This document shows positions 19,418 to 27,450 of a stretch of DNA of 64,000 nucleotides, piece by piece. The DNA comes from Polyangiales bacterium (GTDB taxonomy: Bacteria; Myxococcota_A; Polyangia; Polyangiales; Houyiibacteriaceae): positions 1 to 64,000 of the forward strand of contig JBGCFM010000149.1 in assembly GCA_045106895.1 (NCBI GenBank), given 5' to 3'. The notes below the pieces were generated by a model, which saw nothing but the letters and a program-made list of their open reading frames with translations, was not told where the DNA came from and did not search any database. Within the stretch, counting starts at the first letter, position 1. Every line of letters starts with the position of its first letter. The position numbers and the translations under genes were made by a program.

Positions 19418-20293
19418 TCAACGGGAGTGGACTAATTTGCGCACAGACCCATCCTCGAAGGAGCACTCCATCTGGCCCTGGGCCGGCAGACCGATGACTT
19501 TGCCGATGCCAAACTTCGGGTGAGTGAAGAAGTCATTCTCAGCGTACGTCGCGCGCATATTGTACTTCGCGGCGCCGCTGTTCTGATTCGCTTCGGCCAT
19601 CGAAAGCCCCGTCGGCTTCTTCGCCTTCGTCGTCTTCGCTTTCGAAGACGAGCCGCTGGCAGCTCGCCGCCGCACCGGCTTCTTCTCTTTGGGGGGAGGT
19701 GCCGGCAAGGCGCCGACCTTCACAATGTTGCGCACGCGGCTGTGGACGTTCCGGAACACGGGAGCGCTTGGAACGCAGACGACAACCTCTTCGATGCCCA
19801 GTGCGTTACCGGCCTCATAAGCTTCGTCATAGAACGCCTGAGCGGTCTTCACGATGGTCACGAGGCGGTCCTCGATGCTCGCGGCGCCGGGGCCGTCACC
19901 GAGCGCTGGAAAGGCGATGCGCTTCACGTGCCGCCCCAAGGCAAACTCAAGGGACATGCGGACGATCCGCTCGATCATTTTGAGGCTGGGCGCCGGCGAA
20001 CGTGTCGACCCCGGCTCCGGTTCCCGCGTCGCCGCCCACAGAAGGAAGTTGCAGTGGAGTCGCCCTTGGTGGACGCGAGTCACCGACGGGATCTCGAGGA
20101 GGCGCCCGGGAACCTGCTTCAGCTCGGCGTCGAGAGCTCGCTGAAGATTGTCGCCATAATGCTCGCGAAGCTTCGCTTCGAGACCCGGCCCAGGCCAAAT
20201 CTGCATATCTCGGGCCCCGTCGAACACGATGGCATCGACCCTCTTCTTGGAGGGAATCGTGTATGCCGAGCGGTTCAAAAGCGTAACTTCCAT
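19418..20293 (-). CDS. degenerate macrodomain protein with C-terminal Tudor-like domain
   Basis: VDAIV and KRIAFPALGDG macro-fold motifs; basic linker; C-terminal HPKFGIGKV. Confidence 0.65.
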   Translation of the reverse strand: MEVTLLNRSAYTIPSKKRVDAIVFDGARDMQIWPGPGLEAKLREHYGDNLQRALDAELKQVPGRLLEIPSVTRVHQGRLHCNFLLWAATREPEPGSTRSPAPSLKMIERIVRMSLEFALGRHVKRIAFPALGDGPGAASIEDRLVTIVKTAQAFYDEAYEAGNALGIEEVVVCVPSAPVFRNVHSRVRNIVKVGALPAPPPKEKKPVRRRAASGSSSKAKTTKAKKPTGLSMAEANQNSGAAKYNMRATYAENDFFTHPKFGIGKVIGLPAQGQMECSFEDGSVRKLVHSR

Positions 20294-20385
20294 ATGCCAG
20301 CGGAGATAACACGCCTGGCGAAGTACGCTCCCTGATTCTCACACGTGATTGCGCGGAAGAGCTGTCAGCGCTAGCGTCCGCGCCC

Positions 20386-21111
20386 ATGAGTGAAGAGACG
20401 ACGACATCGGACGCTGCTGAAAGCGCCCCAACTCCCGAAGCGCCCGCTGTTGAAACAACGGATGCCCCAACGCCGGACGCCGCCGCCCAGCCCGAGGCCA
20501 CAGCCGAAGCAGCTCCTGCCGAAGCCGCTCCCGCCGAAGCCGCTCCGGAGGCTGCCGCAGAGGAACCAGCCGAAGCAGCTCCGGCCGAGCCGGAGCCTGA
20601 GCCTGTCGTCCACCCTCCAACGGACCGCCCGTTTCTCGTCGTGACCGCCCTCGTCGACGCTGGCACGCGCGCGGCGACGGCCACACTCAGCCACGGAGAC
20701 GCCATGGAGCGCGCCCTTAGCGCTTCCGCCGACGTGGACCTTGCCGGCCTTGACCTCGTTGAGCTTTCCGTTTCCCCAGCGCCTTTTGGCGCGCTTCGCA
20801 AGGCGCTCAACTTGGCGGAAGACACCGTCGCGCTCTATGACGTCTTTCCCCTCGCCAGTCACCTAAGCCCGGAGGTCCGTAAGGTCGCGGGTCAGTTCCT
20901 CGCGGCGGAAGCCGTCTGGACACTTGAGGACCAAGGCCTCCTCGGCGGCGTTCCTCTCAACGCTCGCCTCTCCCTGCCAAAGGGATGGGAGCGTGACCCC
21001 AAGTCCGTGCACGGGCGCCTCGTGAGCGCTGGCGCGCTCAACCTCTCGGCCAAGGGCATCGACGCCTTCAAGGCCGTCAAGGGCGCCTGGGATTCCTCCA
21101 CCCCTTCGTAG
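20386..21111 (+). CDS. hypothetical protein with acidic Ala/Pro/Glu-rich N-terminus
   Basis: Strong GC3 coding pattern; followed by a terminator. Confidence 0.75.
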   Translation: MSEETTTSDAAESAPTPEAPAVETTDAPTPDAAAQPEATAEAAPAEAAPAEAAPEAAAEEPAEAAPAEPEPEPVVHPPTDRPFLVVTALVDAGTRAATATLSHGDAMERALSASADVDLAGLDLVELSVSPAPFGALRKALNLAEDTVALYDVFPLASHLSPEVRKVAGQFLAAEAVWTLEDQGLLGGVPLNARLSLPKGWERDPKSVHGRLVSAGALNLSAKGIDAFKAVKGAWDSSTPS

Positions 21112-21129
21112 GGCTCGGCGTACGACGAT

Positions 21130-21162
21130 GAGGCCGTCCTTCCGGGGCGGCCTTTTCTTTTT
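21130..21162 (+). terminator. rho-independent terminator
   Basis: AGGCCGTCC-TTCC-GGGGCGGCCT followed by a T-rich tail. Confidence 0.8.
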
Positions 21163-21196
21163 CCGTCCGGCTCCACTTCCGCGTAGGCTCTCGGCC

Positions 21197-21601
21197 ATGA
21201 GCGAAGCCGAGACATTCTCCGACGCGATCACCGAAGGCGTCCGTGTCTCCGTAAAGAGCGAGTACCTGCCGGGCCAAAGCAACCCTCAGACCGGCCGCTT
21301 CGTTTTCGGCTACCAGGTGCGCATCGCGAACGAGTCCTCGTCGACGCCCGTTCAGCTAAGAACCCGCCACTGGATCATCACCGACCAGCTCGGAGAGGTC
21401 GAAGAGGTCAAAGGACCAGGCGTCGTCGGCGAGGAACCTCTTCTCAAGCCCGGACAGGCCTTCGAGTACGCCAGCGGCGCCATCCTCACCACGCCCCGCG
21501 GCGTCATGCACGGCACCTACCAAATGGAGCGCCCCGACGGCACCGGCTTCGACGCGGAGGTCGCGCCCTTCGCCCTCGCGATGCCCTACTCGCTGAACTA
21601 G
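21197..21601 (+). CDS. apaG: ApaG domain protein
   Basis: VQLRTRHWIITD, GPGVVGEEP, FEYASG, GVMHGTYQM. Confidence 0.95.
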   Translation: MSEAETFSDAITEGVRVSVKSEYLPGQSNPQTGRFVFGYQVRIANESSSTPVQLRTRHWIITDQLGEVEEVKGPGVVGEEPLLKPGQAFEYASGAILTTPRGVMHGTYQMERPDGTGFDAEVAPFALAMPYSLN

Positions 21602-21619
21602 TCCAGCGCACCGCTGGCA

Positions 21620-21821
21620 GGCGTGACGGAAAATCGAAGAGCGAATGCCGAAGGCAGAGCCAGGCTGAATCCCCGCACCACCCAGCCAGCGGCGTGACGG
21701 AAAATTGGAGAGCGAATGCCGAAGGCAGAGCCAGGCTGAACCCCCGCACCACCCAGCCAGCGGCGTCACGGAAAATTGGAGAGCGAATGCCGAAGGCAGA
21801 GCCAGGCTGAATCCCCGCACC
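21620..21821. repeat. 71-bp tandem repeat, about 2.8 copies
   Basis: Unit GGCGTGACGGAAAATTGGAGAGCGAATGCCGAAGGCAGAGCCAGGCTGAATCCCCGCACCACCCAGCCAGC starting at 21620, 21691 and 21762. Confidence 0.95.
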
Positions 21822-21827
21822 TCCCCG

Positions 21828-21930
21828 GATTCTTCGTCCAGCGCGTCGTGATCAAGGCGAGCAAAGCGACGGCATCTGTGGATGCCGAGCTGCAGCTCAA
21901 CGCAGAGCACGGCGTGCTGGGCGGAGAATC
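21828..21930. repeat. 103-bp palindromic dispersed repeat, copy 2
   Basis: Outer arms and central GGCATCTGTGGATGCC hairpin identical to copy 1; middle stem differs. Confidence 0.9.
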
Positions 21931-21931
21931 G

Positions 21932-23209
21932 TCAGAAGACGACGGGGACGTTGCAGACAGGCGCCGTCGCGATGCCGCCGTCATACTCATACGAACAGAC
22001 CGCCTCCCAGGTCGTTCCGTCCAGCGAGAAGCCGAAGACCTCCACGTCGTAGGAGCCAGGACCGAACTCGGGGAAATCACGGTCATCGATGATAACCTCA
22101 TTGCCGCACGCGACGTCGTTGATGCTTGCGAACGCAATCGCGCCGCCCGCGAAGTAGACCTCGATATCGATGCTGCGGTCGACCATCGCAACGTCACAGC
22201 TGCGGAACTGGCCGCTTGAAAGGTCAGTCTCCCAGGCCAAGGGCACCGTGAGTTGGTTTCCCGTGACAAAGTCCGGCGTCGCAACGACGGCATGGAATGG
22301 AGGGTTGTCGAGTTGAAGGAAGAGCGGAGTTGTCATCGCGACGACGGCGCCCCCTGGACCAAGCGCTTCCCAAAACGAGTCGTACTCCACGTTGAAGACG
22401 ATGGTTGGCTCGTCGCTTGCGGTACGGGAGTCGAAGAGCGCCTGGTCGCACGGAAAGGTCCAGCTCCCGGAATCACTGCCGTCCGCAGCGTCGACGTTGA
22501 AGCGCACCTCGGCGATTCCCGCAGCGGCGCAGCTCGCCCGGGTCGCGCCGAGTCCGTTGATGAGCCACTCGCCGCTGAGCGTTCCGACGAGCTCTTCCAC
22601 GAGACACCCGGTGCCATCGACGAGATCGCCCGGTTGGGACACGCACTGGTCCATGTCGTTGAGAACGCCGTCGCCATCGTCGTCGAGGGTGGAGCAACCA
22701 GCGGCATCCACCGAGTCGCCGGCGGCTGTGCCGGGGCAGGTGTCCTCTTCGTCGTCGACACCGTCACCATCCGTGTCGACGGGCTCGCAGCCGCGGCTGT
22801 TGACCACCGTGCCTGCGGGCGTGTCATCACAGCGGTCCATGTCGTTGAGAACGCCGTCACCATCGTCGTCGAGAATCGAGCAGCCAGCCCCATTGACCGA
22901 CTCGCCGGGGGCAGTGCCCGGACAGGTGTCCGCTTCGTCGTCGATCCCGTCACCGTCCGTGTCGGCGGGTTCGCACCCGCGGCTGTCGACGATATCGCCT
23001 GGTGGCGTGTTGTCGCACGCGTCCATGTCGTTGAACACCCCGTCACGGTCGTCGTCGAGCGTCGAGCACCCACGTGCATCGATGGGCTCGCCGGCCACTG
23101 TGTTGGGACAAGCATCACTGCCGTCTTCAACGCCGTCCCCGTCAATGTCCGTGGTCGCCATGCAGCCCCCGAGCAATGCCAGAACTAAGATTTGTACGTT
23201 TCGCTTCAT
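21932..23209 (-). CDS. lipoprotein with thrombospondin type-3 (Ca-binding) repeats
   Basis: Lipobox LLGGC; six DxDGDGV.D..D.C units arranged as three repeats of about 62 aa. Confidence 0.85.
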   Translation of the reverse strand: MKRNVQILVLALLGGCMATTDIDGDGVEDGSDACPNTVAGEPIDARGCSTLDDDRDGVFNDMDACDNTPPGDIVDSRGCEPADTDGDGIDDEADTCPGTAPGESVNGAGCSILDDDGDGVLNDMDRCDDTPAGTVVNSRGCEPVDTDGDGVDDEEDTCPGTAAGDSVDAAGCSTLDDDGDGVLNDMDQCVSQPGDLVDGTGCLVEELVGTLSGEWLINGLGATRASCAAAGIAEVRFNVDAADGSDSGSWTFPCDQALFDSRTASDEPTIVFNVEYDSFWEALGPGGAVVAMTTPLFLQLDNPPFHAVVATPDFVTGNQLTVPLAWETDLSSGQFRSCDVAMVDRSIDIEVYFAGGAIAFASINDVACGNEVIIDDRDFPEFGPGSYDVEVFGFSLDGTTWEAVCSYEYDGGIATAPVCNVPVVF

Positions 23210-23304
23210 CTCTCTCCCCCTGAGTCCACGACTTCAAGATGCCCGGAATATTCAGCCTTTGGGGATAAATCTCGAAGCACGCTGGCCGGACTCCCGTCGC
23301 TTAA

Positions 23305-23334
23305 CGAAAAAAGCCGACCTTTCGGCCGGCTTCG
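23305..23334 (-). terminator. rho-independent terminator
   Basis: Plus strand AAAAAAGCCGACC-TTTC-GGCCGGCTT; T-run on the minus strand downstream of the gene ending at 23356. Confidence 0.75.
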
Positions 23335-23355
23335 TTCAGGTTGAGCGGTGAACGC

Positions 23356-24477
23356 TTAGAGAGCGGAAGGCATGAACGTCGCGTCCTCGGTCAGACCGAT
23401 GGTGAACACTCCGTGCTCTTCCGAGCTGTAGCTTCCGACCCAGATCTTGTACTCGCCCACTCCGTACATGCCCTCGACCATCGGATTGTAACCGTCGTAG
23501 TCGTCGTTGCAGACGAAGGTGCCGTTTGGATGCTGCACGACGAGCGTGATGTCCGTGGAGGACTTCGCGACGATTCGAAGGTGCGGGAAAGGCGCCGTCG
23601 CCGTGAACACGACGTCGGGGTTCTCAGTGACGGTGCCAGCGCAGCCGGGGCTGAGCGTGGAAGCGTCGGTCATTCCACCGCTAACGCCGGAGAAGGTCAT
23701 CGGTGCTGGCGCAAAGCCAGGAGCGATGGATGCGACGTCAGGAGTTCCTGGGGAGTCGCCCATAAGCGCCATGACGATACCAGCGATGAGAAGAACACCG
23801 CCACCGATGCCGCCGCCCATCATCTTCGTCTTCGTGGAACCCTGAAGTGCTTCAAGGCCTTCACGAGCGATGAGAAGACGTCCACCGACGTTCTTCTTCT
23901 TCATGATGGTGTCGCCTTCGAGTCGGCCAGCGACGTAGGCGTTGCCGTCCGCAGGAACGATCTTCTCGATGCAAACGCTTCCCGTGCCCCAGCCTTCGCC
24001 GGCGTAGGGAGGAACGTTGACCTGGTACTGACCGAAGGTCAGGTGACCGGCGTGATTGCCCTCCTGCTCGAAGGACTTCTCCTGCTTGGCGTTCACCTTA
24101 CATTCGCTGGCGTCGACCTTCGCGGGGCCGGAGCCATCGTCGATGTAGAAGCGAGCGCCCATCTCGTCCTTCTTGACCTGGTTCTTACCGGAGACCTTCC
24201 GGGAGTTGCCGTTGGTCGTGACGTGCTTCTGCCATCGCTGGTACGTCGTCACCTCGTAGTAGAGGCAAGCGCGACCCGAACACGGTGCGATGAGGGGTTC
24301 CGGAGTGACGATGGCGCCTTCTACAGAGACAAGGCCCTTTTCATTCGCTCCGGTTGCTGCCTGGGCCGTCTTCACGAGCGGCGCGTCGACGATCATCTTC
24401 AGCTTGCGCCACTGCCAGATGCCAAAGCCACCCACGCCCAAGGCAATGAGTATCAACAAGATTCCACCAATCATCAT
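23356..24477 (-). CDS. membrane protein with GIDE-like domain and C-terminal PPC-like beta domain
   Basis: TM, then VSVEG..LIAPCSGRACLYY and FYIDDGSG, second TM, then VCNDDYDGYNP; GGAGGA RBS upstream. Confidence 0.65.
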   Translation of the reverse strand: MMIGGILLILIALGVGGFGIWQWRKLKMIVDAPLVKTAQAATGANEKGLVSVEGAIVTPEPLIAPCSGRACLYYEVTTYQRWQKHVTTNGNSRKVSGKNQVKKDEMGARFYIDDGSGPAKVDASECKVNAKQEKSFEQEGNHAGHLTFGQYQVNVPPYAGEGWGTGSVCIEKIVPADGNAYVAGRLEGDTIMKKKNVGGRLLIAREGLEALQGSTKTKMMGGGIGGGVLLIAGIVMALMGDSPGTPDVASIAPGFAPAPMTFSGVSGGMTDASTLSPGCAGTVTENPDVVFTATAPFPHLRIVAKSSTDITLVVQHPNGTFVCNDDYDGYNPMVEGMYGVGEYKIWVGSYSSEEHGVFTIGLTEDATFMPSAL

Positions 24478-24700
24478 AACGAAAGTCCTCCAAAGGGGTA
24501 GTTGCCCCACCCTACGCCGGCAGGAGCAAAACCTCCCCCGAAGGCGCCGATCAACCACGAAGACACAGCAATATCAAGGCTGGAAGGCAGAAAAGCTCAG
24601 CTTTGCCACGAACAAAGCACGCGGACTGCCCTAAGCGGAGGGCGCCTTAGCCGATCCGCCCCCACTGAAATCGCCCGCGTCAACGCGAGAACTTAAAAGC

Positions 24701-24732
24701 AAAACCCCTCTCGCTTTTGCGAGAGGGGTTTT
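24701..24732. terminator. terminator downstream of tRNA-Glu
   Basis: AAAACCCCTCTCGC-TTTT-GCGAGAGGGGTTTT perfect hairpin. Confidence 0.85.
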
Positions 24733-24738
24733 ATCCGG

Positions 24739-24810
24739 TGACCCCACGGGGACTTGAACCCCGGTTTTCGGCGTGAGAGGCCAACGTCCTAACCGCTAGA
24801 CGATGGGGCC
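24739..24810 (-). tRNA. tRNA-Glu(CTC)
   Basis: Reverse complement GGCCCCATCGTCTAGCGGTTAGGACGTTGGCCTCTCACGCCGAAAACCGGGGTTCAAGTCCCCGTGGGGTCA; CCA not encoded. Confidence 0.95.
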
Positions 24811-24851
24811 CGGTGCACACTGCTATAGAGGCAAAGTGCTTTGTAGGAAAC

Positions 24852-24880
24852 TATTTAGATAAGAAAAGTCGAGGCGTCAA
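24852..24880 (-). promoter_or_regulatory. sigma-70-type promoter of tRNA-Glu
   Basis: Minus strand TTGACG-N17-TAAATA. Confidence 0.6.
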
Positions 24881-24886
24881 CCTCGG

Positions 24887-24957
24887 CTCGGGGACTAGGA
24901 TTCGAACCTAGATAACCAGAACCAGAAACTGGGGTCCTGCCATTAGACGATCCCCGA
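24887..24957 (-). tRNA. tRNA-Gln(CTG)
   Basis: Reverse complement TCGGGGATCGTCTAATGGCAGGACCCCAGTTTCTGGTTCTGGTTATCTAGGTTCGAATCCTAGTCCCCGAG; U1-A72 pair typical of tRNA-Gln; CCA not encoded. Confidence 0.93.
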
Positions 24958-24981
24958 AGGACCACTCTTTCGAGCGGCCGC

Positions 24982-25011
24982 ATAGCTAGCCCCGGACTTG
25001 GCCTGAGTCAA
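24982..25011 (-). promoter_or_regulatory. sigma-70-type promoter of tRNA-Gln
   Basis: Minus strand TTGACT-N17-TAGCTA(T). Confidence 0.6.
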
Positions 25012-25097
25012 GAGAACTTGTTGTGTAAAAACAAGCCCGATGTTTTTACTCAAGTACAGAAAACGTTCAACACCGTCATTTTCGCGAGCATTGAGCT

Positions 25098-25122
25098 ATT
25101 CCCGACTCTATCGCTTGACTAT
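25098..25122. promoter_or_regulatory. Rrf2/IscR type-1-like operator candidate
   Basis: ATTCCCGACT-CTATC-GCTTGACTAT compared with the IscR type-1 consensus ATASYYGACT-N5-AGTCRRSTAT; 45 nt upstream of the reductase start. Confidence 0.4.
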
Positions 25123-25167
25123 GTAGATCCCGCGACGCCAAACTGCGCGGACTCACGGCGGAGAACA

Positions 25168-27450
25168 ATGACCCAACCTACCTGGAAGACCACCCTTGCC
25201 GACGACATGCCCGAAGAGCTGTCTCGAGAGATCGATCTCTTTGAAGGGCAGATCGTCCTGAAGAAGGACGGCAAGATCGACGACAAGATTTTCGCCGAGA
25301 CGCGCCTGCGTCGCGGTGCCTATGGCCAGCGCTACGACAACGGAATGCGGAACGATGGCACCGGGCAGAAACCGCTGAACTTCCCCGCGGCGGGGGTCAC
25401 CAAAGGCGTCGACACCGCGTGGGACGCTCCAGGCATGCAGCGGATCAAGATTCCGTACGGAAAGCTCACCTGCGACCAGCTCGCGCTCCATGCAGAGCTC
25501 GCGGAAGAATACTCAGACTCCATCCTCCACATCACGACGCGTCAGGACATCCAGCTGCACTTCGTGCACATCGAGGATTGCCCCGACATGCATCGCCGCC
25601 TGGCCGCGGAAGGCATCACAACCCGCGAAGCCTGTGGAAATAGCGTTCGTAACGTGACGGCGTGTCAGTTCGCGGGCGTCTGCTCGACGGAATCGTTCGA
25701 CGTGACCCCATACGCCGAAGCGACTCACCTCTTCATGCTCGGGCATCCCGACGTGCAGGACTTCGGGCGGAAGTTCAAGATCGCCTTCAGCGGCTGCGAA
25801 GAAGAGGCGTGCGGCCTCGTGACCTTCCACGACCTCGGTGCCATCGCGAAGATGAAAGACGGGAAGCGAGGCTTCCAGGTCGTCGTCGGCGGAGGCCTTG
25901 GCGCCGTCCCGGTCATCGCGAAGGTCCTCAGCGACTTTTGCCCGGAAGAAGAGCTCCTCCCTCTGGCGCAGGCCGTGTGTCGCGTCTTCGCCCGTCTCGG
26001 CGAGAAGCAGAGCCGCGCGCGCGCTCGCATCAAGTTCCTGGTTCAGAAGACCGGCATCGAGGAGTTCATTCGTCTCGTCGACGAAGAGAGAAAACTCCTC
26101 CGCACGGACCCACGTTGGACGGCGTTCCTTGAGAACCTCCACATCACAGACGAGACCCCCCTTCGTCCCGCCGGAGCTCTCCCGACGGAAGGTTCCCCAG
26201 GGTTTCTCAAGTGGGCGAAGACCAACCTGCGGCCTCAGGCCCAGGACGGCTACTTTGTCGCCACCGTGATGTTGCCCCTCGGCGACGCCACTTCAGCGCA
26301 GGGTTTTGCCCTCGCGGAGCTGGCGCGGAAGTACAACGGCGACGCCATCCGCTGCACCGTCGAGCAGAACCTCGCGTTCCGGTGGCTCAGCGGCAGCGAC
26401 GCCCTCGCCTTCTACGAGGCGCTCATTCCCCTCGGCCTGCACGAGAGTGGCGCTGGCGAAATCATGGACGTCACCAGCTGCCCCGGCACGGACACCTGCA
26501 AGCTCGGCATCAGCGCCAGTCGCGGTTTGGCCGGCGAACTGCGCAAGCGCCTCTCGGTCATTCAAGACGACCTTGATCCCGCTGTGCGGCGCCTCAAGAT
26601 CAAAGCCAGCGGCTGTTTCAACAGCTGCAGCCAGCACCACGCCGCGGACCTCGGCTTCCTTGGAGTCAGCCGAAATGTGAACGGCCGCAAGGTCCCCCAC
26701 TTCAACGTCATCGTCGGCGGCCAGTGGGAGAACAACGCAGGAAGCTACGGCCTCGTCACCACCGCCGTTCCTTCGAAGAACGTCCCCCAGGCCATCACGC
26801 TTATCACCGACAAGTTCGTGGCTGAACGCGAAGAGAACGAATCCTTCCACGACTTCGTTCGTCGCGTCGGCAAGAAGGAGATTCGCACGCTCCTCAAGCC
26901 CATCACCAAGCCGCCGAGCTACGAAGAGGACCCAAGCTACTACAGCGACTGGCGGGACCCTCGCGAGTACACCATCGGTGATCTCGGTATCGGCGAGTGC
27001 GCGGGCGAGATCGTGCCCTTCGTGGAGTTTGGTCTTCAAACTTCCGAACAAGAGCAGAACGAGGCCCAAGACCATCACGACGCGGGTCGCTACAAAGAAG
27101 CCGGCGAGCTAGCCTTCAAGTCCATGCTCACCGCGGCGCAAGCCCTGGTGCGTCACCTTGGACCCGAAGTGCGAGACGACGCCGACGACATCGTGGGTCA
27201 GTTCAAGACTCACTTGAACGACACTAAGCTCTTCTGGGACCCCTTCGCCAAGGGGAAGTTCGCGGCCTATCTCATCGAGCTTCACTCGACGAAGCGCTAC
27301 GCCAGCGACGACGAAGAACTCGCACACCGGACCCTCGATGAAGCACGGCTCTTCCTGGAGGCCGCCCACGGCTGCTACGAGCGACTCGTCGCGGCTGCCC
27401 AGCCACAGAATCAGAAGAAGGCGAGCACGGAAAGCACGGTGAAGTCATGA
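25168..27450 (+). CDS. siroheme/[4Fe-4S] sulfite (or nitrite) reductase with C-terminal helical extension
   Basis: HITTRQDIQLH, TREACGNSVRNV, RKFKIAFSGC, and cluster ligands SCPGTDTC / SGCFNSC. Confidence 0.92.
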   Translation: MTQPTWKTTLADDMPEELSREIDLFEGQIVLKKDGKIDDKIFAETRLRRGAYGQRYDNGMRNDGTGQKPLNFPAAGVTKGVDTAWDAPGMQRIKIPYGKLTCDQLALHAELAEEYSDSILHITTRQDIQLHFVHIEDCPDMHRRLAAEGITTREACGNSVRNVTACQFAGVCSTESFDVTPYAEATHLFMLGHPDVQDFGRKFKIAFSGCEEEACGLVTFHDLGAIAKMKDGKRGFQVVVGGGLGAVPVIAKVLSDFCPEEELLPLAQAVCRVFARLGEKQSRARARIKFLVQKTGIEEFIRLVDEERKLLRTDPRWTAFLENLHITDETPLRPAGALPTEGSPGFLKWAKTNLRPQAQDGYFVATVMLPLGDATSAQGFALAELARKYNGDAIRCTVEQNLAFRWLSGSDALAFYEALIPLGLHESGAGEIMDVTSCPGTDTCKLGISASRGLAGELRKRLSVIQDDLDPAVRRLKIKASGCFNSCSQHHAADLGFLGVSRNVNGRKVPHFNVIVGGQWENNAGSYGLVTTAVPSKNVPQAITLITDKFVAEREENESFHDFVRRVGKKEIRTLLKPITKPPSYEEDPSYYSDWRDPREYTIGDLGIGECAGEIVPFVEFGLQTSEQEQNEAQDHHDAGRYKEAGELAFKSMLTAAQALVRHLGPEVRDDADDIVGQFKTHLNDTKLFWDPFAKGKFAAYLIELHSTKRYASDDEELAHRTLDEARLFLEAAHGCYERLVAAAQPQNQKKASTESTVKS

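Noticed and set aside
21620..21821. CRISPR array
   Set aside because: The whole 71-bp unit repeats with no unique spacers, and there are no cas genes in the window.
21766..22293. ORFs running through the repeat array (21356..21910, 21504..21752, 21766..22293, 21776..22219)
   Set aside because: Translations simply mirror the non-coding repeats or lie over the TSP3 gene.
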